Assembly: GCA_965229825.1 (NCBI GenBank)
Contig: CBDDJQ010000013.1
Location: 1,030,282 to 1,094,281, forward strand
Direction of reading: 5' to 3'
Origin: Vicinamibacterales bacterium
GTDB lineage: Bacteria > Acidobacteriota > Vicinamibacteria > Vicinamibacterales > UBA8438
Length of the DNA stretch: 64,000 nucleotides
Shown here: positions 1 to 8,539 of the stretch, one piece after another
Position numbering within the stretch: position 1 is the stretch's first letter
Layout: each line of letters starts with the position of its first letter
Notes under the pieces: generated by a model
The model's input: the letters and a program-made list of their open reading frames with translations, nothing else
The model's database searches: none
Told to the model about the DNA's origin: nothing
Translations under genes and position numbers: made by a program

Positions 1-228
1 CGGCTCGCCTCGGTGAGCGTCGTCGCGGACCGGTGCGTCGTGGCCGACGGATTGGCCACCGCCCTGGAGGTGCTGGGCCCGGATGACGGCTATGCGCTGG
101 CCGTAGAACGGGGTTGGGCCGCACTCTTCCTGAGTCGCGGTGAGGACGGCGCGATCGGCGAGCGCGCCACCCCCGCGTTCTCCGCACTCCTCAGGGCGCC
201 GGCGCCGGGGCAGGAGCCTGCGCCGTAG
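1..228 (+). CDS. apbE: ApbE-family FAD:protein FMN transferase, C-terminal fragment (5' end outside the window)
   Basis: Frame is open from base 1. Tail ...VVADRCVVADGLATALEVLGPDDGYALAVERGWAALFL resembles the conserved C-terminal AD.LATA..V.G block of ApbE. An NqrM-like gene follows, as in nqr loci. Confidence 0.6.
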   Translation, partial: RLASVSVVADRCVVADGLATALEVLGPDDGYALAVERGWAALFLSRGEDGAIGERATPAFSALLRAPAPGQEPAP

Positions 229-363
229 GACGGCGCGGATTCCTGGGGGGCCGGTTGCCGTGACGTACACCCCATGTATTGCCTGTGTTCGGGGCGGTCA
301 CGCGAAGCGCGGCCATGAGGATTGGGGCGGTGCGGCCGCGGGCCGGCGGTCGCACGGGATACA

Positions 364-561
364 ATGGAAACGATGGCGGTGTTCCTGTTGACGCTGGGGG
401 GAATCGCGATCGTCATGGCGATCATGGCGATCGGGGTGATGCTCGGCGGCCGCTGTCTGCGCGGTTCCTGCGGCGGGCCCGAGGTGGTCGGGCCGGACGG
501 CGACTCGCTGGCCTGCGCTACCTGTCCCCACCGAACCGGATCGCCGGCAACCGACGGCTGA
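364..561 (+). CDS. nqrM: NqrM-like (DUF539) small membrane protein
   Basis: 65 aa from ATG 364 (alternative ATG 373). One TM helix AVFLLTLGGIAIVMAIMAIGVML, then a Cys-rich tail GSCGG...ACATCPH, the layout of Na+-NQR maturation factor NqrM. Directly downstream of apbE. Confidence 0.6.
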   Translation: METMAVFLLTLGGIAIVMAIMAIGVMLGGRCLRGSCGGPEVVGPDGDSLACATCPHRTGSPATDG

Positions 562-577
562 CGAGCCGGCGCCCTCC

Positions 578-598
578 CGGCGGGCATCCCGCCGATTT
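578..598. terminator. GC hairpin between convergent nqrM and selA
   Basis: 7-bp stem CGGCGGG / CCCGCCG with loop CAT (578-594), followed by ATTT. Touches the selA stop codon. The U-tract is weak. Confidence 0.3.
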
Positions 599-1980
599 CA
601 GACCAGGCCGATCAGGGTCGTGGCCAGCAGATCGTCCTGCTCGGGCAGTACCGTCCGCAGGTCGAGCAGGACGCGGTCCTGCTCGATGCGCGCAACGACA
701 GGCGGACGCAGCTCGCGGAGCCGCGCTTCGAGCCGCGCCGCCGAACGGCCGCGCGGGGTGAGTCTGGCCAGCCTGGTCGGCAGCGCGGACCCGGGCGCGC
801 CGCCGCCCCCCACCGTCGACAGCCCGTCGACGATGTCGACCTCGAACATCGAATGGCCGTCGAGTCGCCTCGCCAGATCCCGCGCCCGCGCGTCGATCTC
901 GTCAGCGGGGGTAGCGAGCATGCGAACCACGGGTATCGTTGCCCGCGCCCGGCCGCGGGCATGCTCCATCAGCGTGACCTCGAGCGCGGCGTAGGTCATC
1001 TTGTCGACCCGCAGGGCTCGCATCAACGGGTGGCTCCGCACCCGTGACAGCGCAGGCTCCTCGCCGACGATAATGCCGGCCTGCGGGCCTCCGAGGAGCT
1101 TGTCGCCGCTGAAGCAGCAGACCGCGGCGCCGGCCTCGACACTCGCGGTTACCGAGGGCTCGTCGACACCGCCGGTGGGGACGTCGGCGAGATGACCGCT
1201 CCCGAGGTCTTCGACCACGGGCACGTCGAAGCGCCGCCCCAACGCCACGAGCTCGGCGAGATCGGGCCGGGCGGTGAACCCCTCGATACGGAAGTTCGAC
1301 GGGTGCACGCGGAGGATCAGCGCGGTTCGGTCGTTGATGACCGCGGCATAGTCGGCCAGCCGCGTCCGGTTCGTGGTGCCGACCTCCCGGAGCTCCGCTC
1401 CGGATTGACGGAGGATGTCGGGAATACGGAAGCCGCCGCCGATCTCGACGAGCTCGCCCCGGGAGACGATGGCCTCCCGCCCCTGCGCAAGCGCGGCGAG
1501 GACCAGCAGGACTGCCGCGGCGTTGTTGTTGACCACGACCGCCGCCGCCGCCCCGGTCACCTGGGTCAGGAGTCGGGCCGCGTGGGTGTGACGGGCTCCG
1601 CGTCCGCCGGCCGTCAGGTCGTACTCCAGGTTCGTGTAGCCGGCGGCCAGTTGCGCGACTCGTGCCGCCGCCGCCGCGGCCATCGGGGCCCGGCCGAGGT
1701 TGGTATGCACGATTACCCCGGTGGCGTTGATGACCGACGTGAGGGACGGCTCCATCCGGGCCGCGAGCTCGGTTGCCGCATGCTGCTCGATGGCCGCCGC
1801 CGCCTGTTCACGGTCCTCGATGGATGTCGTGTCCGCGCGGGTCAGGTCCTGCCGCACGCGGCCGGCCGCCGTACGCAACGCGGCCAGCGTTGCCTCGCTT
1901 CCGTACTCGGTTTCGAGGGCGCGGACGAGCGGGCGCTGGCGCAGGCGGTCGATCGACGGCAGAATACGGGGCGTCGTCAT
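598..1980 (-). CDS. selA: L-seryl-tRNA(Sec) selenium transferase
   Basis: 460 aa. N-terminus LPSIDRLRQRPLV... and PLP-lysine block CCFSGDKLLGGPQAGIIVG are characteristic of SelA. Confidence 0.85.
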   Translation of the reverse strand: MTTPRILPSIDRLRQRPLVRALETEYGSEATLAALRTAAGRVRQDLTRADTTSIEDREQAAAAIEQHAATELAARMEPSLTSVINATGVIVHTNLGRAPMAAAAAARVAQLAAGYTNLEYDLTAGGRGARHTHAARLLTQVTGAAAAVVVNNNAAAVLLVLAALAQGREAIVSRGELVEIGGGFRIPDILRQSGAELREVGTTNRTRLADYAAVINDRTALILRVHPSNFRIEGFTARPDLAELVALGRRFDVPVVEDLGSGHLADVPTGGVDEPSVTASVEAGAAVCCFSGDKLLGGPQAGIIVGEEPALSRVRSHPLMRALRVDKMTYAALEVTLMEHARGRARATIPVVRMLATPADEIDARARDLARRLDGHSMFEVDIVDGLSTVGGGGAPGSALPTRLARLTPRGRSAARLEARLRELRPPVVARIEQDRVLLDLRTVLPEQDDLLATTLIGLV

Positions 1981-2193
1981 GGAGCCAGCGCGCCGGGGCG
2001 GGCCGGTGTCTTGCCGCTCCGCCGGGATTCGGATACCATCGCCTGCCGCGCAAGCCGATGATCAGGATCTCCAGTCAGTCTACCATCGCCCCCGGCGGTT
2101 CGCCGGCCGTAGCCCGGACTCTGTGGAGTGCAAGAACGCGGGAGGGGGGAGTCGGTGGCCCGGACGCGGTGCGCCCGGGCCGGAAGGCGGGAG

Positions 2194-2400
2194 TTATTCG
2201 CTGCGGGTCACGCTGCCAGCCTGGGGACCCTTGGGTCCGTCGACGATCTCGAATTCCACGGCCTGACCTTCTTCGAGGGTGCGAAAACCGTTACCTTGAA
2301 TCGCCGAGAAGTGAACGAAGACGTCGCTGCCGCCTTCACGCTCGATGAATCCGTACCCCTTGGCGTTGTTGAACCATTTGACCTTGCCTGTGATGCGCAT
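2194..2400 (-). CDS. cspA: Cold-shock protein, CspA family
   Basis: 68 aa [35 protein letters not shown]... with RNP1 (KGYGFI) and RNP2 (VFVHF) motifs. The ORF-track entry 2194..2670 is over-extended at its 5' end. Confidence 0.95.
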   Translation of the reverse strand: MRITGKVKWFNNAKGYGFIEREGGSDVFVHFSAIQGNGFRTLEEGQAVEFEIVDGPKGPQAGSVTRSE

Positions 2401-2485
2401 CGTGCTTCCTCTGTTTTGCATGTGGATGACATGGAACGTCACCCGGCTTCCGAACCCATGAAGGCGTTGGCGGCCATGGGTGCAC

Positions 2486-2514
2486 AAAAAAAAGACCGCC
2501 AAAGCGGCCTTTGG
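2486..2514 (-). terminator. Intrinsic-terminator-like hairpin plus U8 inside the cspA 5' leader, with an overlapping alternative hairpin
   Basis: The minus-strand RNA reads CCAAAG-GCCG-CUUUGG, overlapping GGCCGC-UUUG-GCGGUC, followed by UUUUUUUU. The A8/T8 run at 2486-2493 stands out in GC-rich DNA. It lies ~90-110 nt upstream of the cspA ATG and downstream of the predicted promoter. Confidence 0.35.
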
Positions 2515-2557
2515 GCCGAACCCCTGTATCGACGGGCTGAACCCCAGCGTGCAAGGC

Positions 2558-2586
2558 ATCGTAGTCAGCCTGTTCGGCGTTGTCAA
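2558..2586 (-). promoter_or_regulatory. Sigma70-type promoter for cspA
   Basis: Minus strand reads TTGACA (2586-2581), 17-nt spacer, TACGAT (2563-2558). This predicts a ~150-nt leader, similar in length to the E. coli cspA leader. Confidence 0.5.
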
Positions 2587-2603
2587 GAAGGCTGGAGAGG
2601 AGT

Positions 2604-4217
2604 GTGAGCTTGAGACGAGCGCTGTTGAGTGTATCCGACAAGACCGGTATCGTCGATTTCGCCCGAGCACTGGCCGCCTGTGGTTTCGAGCTCGTGTCCA
2701 CGGGCGGTACCGCTCGCGCGCTGGCGGATGCCGGGCTGGCCGTGACCCCGGTGTCGTCGGTGACCGGATTTCCCGAAATGATGGACGGCCGGGTCAAGAC
2801 CCTGCATCCCGCGGTCCATGCCGGCATTCTGGCCCGCCGCGACGAGCCCGGCGATCTGCAGGCGATCGAGAAGCTGGGTATCCGGCCCGTCGACGTCGTG
2901 GCCGTCAACCTGTATCCGTTCGCCCGCGTCGCCGCCGATCCGGACGCCGGCGTCGAGTCGCTCATCGAAGAGATCGACATCGGCGGACCCACGCTGGTGC
3001 GTGCGGCGGCGAAGAACTTTCGCGACGTGGTCGTCGTCGTCGACCCGCGGGACTATCCCGAAACACTGGAAGAGCTGCAGCGTTCCGGCGGACCCGGCCT
3101 GGACTACCGGTTGTCGCTCGCCCGCAAGGCGTTCCAGCACACCCAATCGTACGACGACACCATTGCGTCCACTCTGTCGGCCGTCGGGGTCGCGGACGGC
3201 CGCTTCACCCGGGGCGCGGCGCCGGTGGAGGAGATCACTCCGGACACCCTGGTGGTACGCGTGGACCGCCAACGGAGTCTTCGCTACGGGGAGAATCCGC
3301 ACCAGGCGGCGGCGCTCTATGCCACCGGCAACGCAGGGTTCGGCGGCGCGCGCGTGGTGCAGGGGAAGCCCCTGTCGTTCACCAATCTGCTGGATCTCGA
3401 TGCGGCCGCGCGGCTGATGCTGGAGTTCGACGAGCCGGCCGCGGTCGTGGTGAAGCACATGAACCCGTGCGGAGTGGCGACCGCCGCCGCGTTGTGCGAC
3501 GCCTACGTGACGGCGCGGGAGGTCGATCCCCTGTCCGCGTTCGGGGGGATCGTCGGGTTGAACCGGTGCGTCGACCGGACGACCGCGGAGGCGATCGCCT
3601 CCACCTTCATTGAGGCGGTGGTGGCGCCGGATGCGGACGACGCGGCACGCGCGGTCCTGGCGGCCAAGAAGAACTTGCGGGTGGTGCTCGCCGATTGCTC
3701 CTCGGCCCGAGGGGACGTGCGACTCGACCGCGAGGTCCGGTCGATTCTCGGCGCGATCCTCGTGCAGAGTAACGATCGCGTGACCGAAGCGGCGGGGCCG
3801 TGGACCCCGGAGACGGCGGAGCAGCCGGAATCCGGCCGTCGCGTGGTGACCCGGCGACAACCGACCGATGCGGAGTGGGCGGCCTTGCGGCTGGCCTGGC
3901 GGGTCTCGGCCCACGTCAAGTCGAACGCGGTGGTGTTCGCGCGCGCCGATCGGCTGGCCGCGATCGGCGCGGGACAGATGAGCCGGGTCGACGCGGTGAA
4001 AGTGGCGACGATGAAGGCGGAGGCGGGGCTGATCGGCACGGTCGCCGCCTCCGATGCGTTCTTTCCGTTCCGTGACGGCCTCGACGCCATTGCCGCGGCC
4101 GGAGCGACGGCGGTGGTGCAGCCCGGCGGCTCGGTGCGGGACGAGGAAGTCATCGCCGCCGCCGACGGCCACGATCTCGCCATGGTGTTCACCGGCCGGA
4201 GGCACTTCCGGCACTGA
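2604..4217 (+). CDS. purH: Bifunctional AICAR transformylase / IMP cyclohydrolase
   Basis: N-terminus (V)[29 protein letters not shown] and C-terminus [32 protein letters not shown] are typical of PurH. GTG 2604 has GGAG 6 nt upstream; TTG 2580 is an alternative start. Confidence 0.9.
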   Translation: MSLRRALLSVSDKTGIVDFARALAACGFELVSTGGTARALADAGLAVTPVSSVTGFPEMMDGRVKTLHPAVHAGILARRDEPGDLQAIEKLGIRPVDVVAVNLYPFARVAADPDAGVESLIEEIDIGGPTLVRAAAKNFRDVVVVVDPRDYPETLEELQRSGGPGLDYRLSLARKAFQHTQSYDDTIASTLSAVGVADGRFTRGAAPVEEITPDTLVVRVDRQRSLRYGENPHQAAALYATGNAGFGGARVVQGKPLSFTNLLDLDAAARLMLEFDEPAAVVVKHMNPCGVATAAALCDAYVTAREVDPLSAFGGIVGLNRCVDRTTAEAIASTFIEAVVAPDADDAARAVLAAKKNLRVVLADCSSARGDVRLDREVRSILGAILVQSNDRVTEAAGPWTPETAEQPESGRRVVTRRQPTDAEWAALRLAWRVSAHVKSNAVVFARADRLAAIGAGQMSRVDAVKVATMKAEAGLIGTVAASDAFFPFRDGLDAIAAAGATAVVQPGGSVRDEEVIAAADGHDLAMVFTGRRHFRH

Positions 4218-4267
4218 CGCTGGTAAGGCCGCGGTCACCCGGCTGCGAGCGTGCCCGCCTTCCGTCC

Positions 4268-5449
4268 TCAGCCGTGGACCGGGTTGGGGGTGGCGTGCTT
4301 CGCCGCGGGCCGACAGGCGGCGGCCTGCGGCAGGGTGAGGAGGACGAGGAGCAGCATCAGAAACTCCGAGTCGCCGAAGTTGTATTCGAACAGGCCGCCG
4401 GTGAGCATGCCGGCGAGCGCCGCGAGACCCGCCGCGGCCAGGGGGCGGACATCGCCGTCGCCGAGCTGCCGGAACAGGTGACGAGCGGCTGCGACCACGA
4501 ATATACACCAGATGGCGAGCGCGGGCAGCCCCCGTTCGGCCGCGATCTGCACCGGGACGTTGTGCAGATGCGGGTTCTCGTCCTGCACCGCCCCGGCATC
4601 GCGGTACTGCGGGTACACCTCCTGCACCATGTCCGGACCCACCCCGGTCCAGGGGTGGTCGGCGATGATGCGCATCCCGGCCCGCGCCATCGCCAACCGG
4701 TCCTGGATCGTCGGATCCTGCAGATCAAAGGTGGAATAGATGCGGCTCGTGATCTGCGGGGGAGCGAGGGCCAGCACCAGGGCGGCAAGAACCGGCACCA
4801 CCGCCACCAGCCGCAGGTCCTTCAGAAGACACAGGACGGCCAGGGCGGCCCCGGCGCCGACCCAGTAGCTCCGGGTCAGCGTCACCGCCAGCGCGACCAG
4901 CAGGGCGGGCATCACGAGCGCGGACCACAGGCGGCGGCGCCGGTCGAACACGACGCGGGCCGCGGCGAGGGACATCGTCAGCACGAGCAACCCCGAATAG
5001 GTCATGTAGTGCCCCATCGTGCCATCCGGCCGTTGCCCGAGGTGGTCGTATTCGAGAACGCCGTATTGCACCACGCCCCACACCGCGGTGGTGGCGCCGA
5101 CGGTCACGATGAGGGTCGCCAGGGTCTGGGCCCGCTGGTGCCGGGCCAGGCGATGGACTATCGGCACCACCGCGAAGAGCAGCACTTCGCGGGAGTCGAC
5201 GAGGCTGGTGCCCGGGTCGAGAGAGAACGCGACCGAGACCAGAGTAGCGGCAGCGTAGAGCAGCAGGGCGGTGAAGAACGGGGGGGCCGCCGGCCGCTCG
5301 CGTTCCGCCGCCAGCAACGCGATCCAGAGTCCGATGGTGACGGTCAGCAGGATGCCGGAAGCGGCGATTGAAATCTGCAGGGCGGCCACGAAGCCGAGGA
5401 GCGTCACGAAGGCCGCAGTTTCCAGTCCGGGCAGTCTGGGGGCGGTCAT
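4268..5449 (-). CDS. O-antigen ligase (Wzy_C) family polytopic membrane protein
   Basis: 393 aa with ~10 hydrophobic segments. The loop GPDMVQEVYPQYRDAGAVQDENPHLHNVPVQIAAERGLPAL resembles the Wzy_C / O-antigen-ligase H.HN....E.G signature. Confidence 0.7.
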   Translation of the reverse strand: MTAPRLPGLETAAFVTLLGFVAALQISIAASGILLTVTIGLWIALLAAERERPAAPPFFTALLLYAAATLVSVAFSLDPGTSLVDSREVLLFAVVPIVHRLARHQRAQTLATLIVTVGATTAVWGVVQYGVLEYDHLGQRPDGTMGHYMTYSGLLVLTMSLAAARVVFDRRRRLWSALVMPALLVALAVTLTRSYWVGAGAALAVLCLLKDLRLVAVVPVLAALVLALAPPQITSRIYSTFDLQDPTIQDRLAMARAGMRIIADHPWTGVGPDMVQEVYPQYRDAGAVQDENPHLHNVPVQIAAERGLPALAIWCIFVVAAARHLFRQLGDGDVRPLAAAGLAALAGMLTGGLFEYNFGDSEFLMLLLVLLTLPQAAACRPAAKHATPNPVHG

Positions 5450-5637
5450 TCGGCTGTTTCAGGCGGTTCTTCGATGGTGGCCTCGTCGATGAGCATGACC
5501 GGTATGTCGTCCGCGATCGGGTACACCCGATGACAGGTCCCACACTTCAGACCGGTGTCGTCGTGTACCGGCACCACGGGCGTCCTGCAATTCGGACACG
5601 CCAGGATATCGAGCAGTTCCGCGTCGACCGCCATCAC
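5446..5637 (-). CDS. Trm112/YcaR-family small zinc-ribbon protein
   Basis: 63 aa. LLDILACPNCRTPV....GLKCGTCHRVYPIADDIPVMLIDEA is the UPF0434/Trm112 pattern. 4-nt overlap with the downstream membrane-protein gene. Confidence 0.75.
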   Translation of the reverse strand: MMAVDAELLDILACPNCRTPVVPVHDDTGLKCGTCHRVYPIADDIPVMLIDEATIEEPPETAE

Positions 5638-5791
5638 CCACCCTCCCCGCGAAGATCAGACTATACCAGACCGCCCCGGCCGCCCGGAGGCGCCCGAAGG
5701 CCGGGCCGGAGAGGCGGAGCGCCCTCCGATCGCGGCAGGGGAACGAACCGGGTTGTTCACAGTCGTGTCGTTGTGGAACAATGCGGCTCTT

Positions 5792-7651
5792 ATGCGGTTT
5801 CCAATCAGCGCTCTGTTCGTTGTCGGCGTATTGGCGCCTGGAGCCACCGCCCAGGCTCAGGCGACGGCGCCCGAGCCCCCGGGCCTCGACGATCGCGCCG
5901 CCGCGTACCACGCGTTCATGCTGGGCCGTTCGTTCGAGAAAGCGGGTGAGATCGAGGAGGCGCTCGGTGCCTACGAGCGAGCGGCCGAGCTCGATCCCTC
6001 GTCCTCGACGATCTGGGCCGAGCTGGCCGGTCTGCACGCGCGCCGCAATCAACCCGACGAGGCGATCGACGCCGGGAACGAGGCGCTGGACCGGGACCCC
6101 GACGACCGCGATGCCCATCGCACCCTGGGGCTCGTCTACGCGGCCCGCGCGGAATCGCAAGAGTCCCCCGCCCAGAGCGACGTGGACCTCGCCATCGACC
6201 ATCTGGAGCAGGCACGCAATCCGCAGTCACCCGACGTGGCCCTGTCCATCTCTCTGGGGCGGCTCCATCTGTCCACCCGGGAGCCGGCCAGGGCGGTCGA
6301 AGTGTTGACCGAGATGCTCGAGTTGGAGCCGCAGTTCAGTGACGCGCAGATGTTGCTGGGTCGCGCGTACGAGGTGCTGCGTCAATGGGAGGACGCCGCG
6401 GCGGCCTATGAGCGCGCCGTGCGGTACAACCCCCGGCGGGCTCGGTACCGGCGCCAGCTCGCCAACGCACTGGTGAACGCGGGGCAGGCCGGCCGGGCCG
6501 TCGAGGTGCTGCAGGAGCTCGTCCGGGCGCGGCCGGACGATACGGACGGCTGGTCTCTGCTGGCCGAGCTCGAATTCAACGCCAGCAACTACGATGCCGC
6601 GGAGGCCGCGGCCCGGCGGGTCGTCGAGCTGGAGCCGGACGGTCTGCGGGGCGCCTACGCGCTGTCCCGGGCGCTCGGCGGCAAGCGCGAGTATCGGGCG
6701 ATGGCGGAGGTCCTGGCGCCGGTGGTGCAACAGGCTCGGGAGAGGGGCGTCGATCCCCGCCAGGTGGCCGGCCTCCTGCAACGACTGGGGTCCGCACAAC
6801 AGAGTGCGGGTGATTTCGACGCCGCCGTCGAAACGCTGACCGACGCGCTCGAGCTCGCGCCGTCCAACCTCGGATTGCAGGCGCAGCTCGTGCAGGTCTT
6901 TCTCGATGCGGGGCGTCTCGACGAGGCGGGCGATCTCGTGGCGGAGGCCCGGCGCTCCCGGTCCGACAATCTGACCCTGCTCCGGCTCGAGGCCCAGACC
7001 CTGTCCGCTCGCGGCTCGGTCGGCGAGGCGGTCGAGTTGCTCGAAGGCGCGCGCGCCCGGCACGAGGACGAGCCGATCGCGCACGTGGCGCTGGCCGGGC
7101 TCTACAGCGAGCACGACCGGGTCGACGAGGCGGTCGGCGTCCTGCAGGCAGCCAAGGCGCGGTTTCCGGGCAACACCCTCATCGTGTTCCAGCTCGGCGC
7201 CGTGTTCGAACGCGGGAGACGGTACCCGGAAGCGGAAGGCGCGTTTCGGCGCGTGCTCGAGCAGGACCCGGACGACGCTCCGACCCTGAACTATCTGGGA
7301 TACATGCTGGCGGAGCGCGGCGAGCGGCTCGATGAATCGGTCGATCTGATCCGCCGCGCGATCGAGCTCGATCCCCACAATGGGGCCTATCTGGACAGCC
7401 TCGGGTGGGCCTATTTCCAGCAGAACGAGTTCGAGCTCGCCGAATCGCCCCTGCGCGCGGCCAGTGATCAGATGCCCCGGAATTCGGTGGTGCAGGACCA
7501 CATGGGCGACCTGTTGTTCCGCTTCGAACGCTACGCGGAAGCCATCGATGCCTGGGAGCGCGCACTCGCGGGCGACGGCGAAGGGCTCGATGCGGCGACG
7601 GTGGGGGCCAAGATTCGCGACGCACGCGCCCGGCTGAACCCGAGGCAGTAG
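5792..7651 (+). CDS. Secreted tetratricopeptide-repeat protein
   Basis: Signal peptide MRFPISALFVVGVLAPGATAQAQA, then many TPR-like units (...A..Y..A.ELDP...). The ORF-track start 5555 overlaps the divergent gene; ATG 5792 is preferred. Confidence 0.8.
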   Translation: MRFPISALFVVGVLAPGATAQAQATAPEPPGLDDRAAAYHAFMLGRSFEKAGEIEEALGAYERAAELDPSSSTIWAELAGLHARRNQPDEAIDAGNEALDRDPDDRDAHRTLGLVYAARAESQESPAQSDVDLAIDHLEQARNPQSPDVALSISLGRLHLSTREPARAVEVLTEMLELEPQFSDAQMLLGRAYEVLRQWEDAAAAYERAVRYNPRRARYRRQLANALVNAGQAGRAVEVLQELVRARPDDTDGWSLLAELEFNASNYDAAEAAARRVVELEPDGLRGAYALSRALGGKREYRAMAEVLAPVVQQARERGVDPRQVAGLLQRLGSAQQSAGDFDAAVETLTDALELAPSNLGLQAQLVQVFLDAGRLDEAGDLVAEARRSRSDNLTLLRLEAQTLSARGSVGEAVELLEGARARHEDEPIAHVALAGLYSEHDRVDEAVGVLQAAKARFPGNTLIVFQLGAVFERGRRYPEAEGAFRRVLEQDPDDAPTLNYLGYMLAERGERLDESVDLIRRAIELDPHNGAYLDSLGWAYFQQNEFELAESPLRAASDQMPRNSVVQDHMGDLLFRFERYAEAIDAWERALAGDGEGLDAATVGAKIRDARARLNPRQ

Positions 7652-7708
7652 GAGCCTCGGCCGCGTCGGGCGAGGGGCGACGATCGTCTGACGGCGGCGT
7701 CGGACAGG

Positions 7709-8539
7709 TTGCGGCGAACGATGAGCAGTCTTCGGGTGCTGTCGATCTGTTCCGCTGTTGCACTGCTCGCCGGGTGCGGATCGACGCGGCTGGTCCTCCC
7801 GGACGGTCCCGGCACACCCTTTCCCGAGTTCGAGCGTCTCTTCGGCTCCGTGGTTTCGGAGTGCCGGAGCGTCCGGTCCGTCGAAACGATGATCGCGCTC
7901 AGCGGGCGCGGCGGCGGGATCAGGCTCCGGGGGCGGATTCGGGCCGGGTTGGCCGCGCCCGGGTCGATGCGGCTGGAGGGATTGGCTCCGTTCGGCGCCC
8001 CGGTCTTCTATCTCGTGGCGTCACCGGCCGGCGCCACGTTGTGGCTGACCCGGGAGGCGCGAGTGGTGACGGGTGTTCCGGCCGCCGATCTGTTCGCGAG
8101 TCTGGCCGGCATCCGGTTCGGGCCGGACGACCTGCGGGCGGTGTTGACCGGCTGTCTGGTGCCCGACCCGCAGCCGATCGCGGGGCGGCGCCACGGCGAC
8201 TGGGTTGCGGTGGATCTGGCCGGCGGCGCGGTCGCCTACCTGCGCGAGATCGACGGCGAGCATCACGTGATTGCGGGAACGCGGGACGGGCTGACGATCG
8301 AGTACGGCGAGTTCCGGCGGCGTCTGCCCCGGCTCGTGCGCGTCGTGTCCGACGTCGGGGGAGATGGTGCGGGGGCCGGGCCGTCCACCGATCTCACGGC
8401 TCGCCTGTCGCAGGTCAACCTGAACGTCGCACTCGTTCCCGGGGCGTTCTCGCTGCCGGTCCCCGCGGACGTCGTGCCGGCGACCCTGGAGGAGCTGCGC
8501 GGAGCGGGTCCGCTGGAGGTCCCGGTCGATCCGACATGA
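7709..8539 (+). CDS. Lipoprotein at the lolB position (putative LolB/LolA-fold protein)
   Basis: Lipobox ...AVALLAGC|GS. Sits directly upstream of ispE and overlaps it by 4 nt, the position lolB holds in E. coli lolB-ispE-prs. The fold assignment is inferred, not shown. Confidence 0.55.
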   Translation: MRRTMSSLRVLSICSAVALLAGCGSTRLVLPDGPGTPFPEFERLFGSVVSECRSVRSVETMIALSGRGGGIRLRGRIRAGLAAPGSMRLEGLAPFGAPVFYLVASPAGATLWLTREARVVTGVPAADLFASLAGIRFGPDDLRAVLTGCLVPDPQPIAGRRHGDWVAVDLAGGAVAYLREIDGEHHVIAGTRDGLTIEYGEFRRRLPRLVRVVSDVGGDGAGAGPSTDLTARLSQVNLNVALVPGAFSLPVPADVVPATLEELRGAGPLEVPVDPT

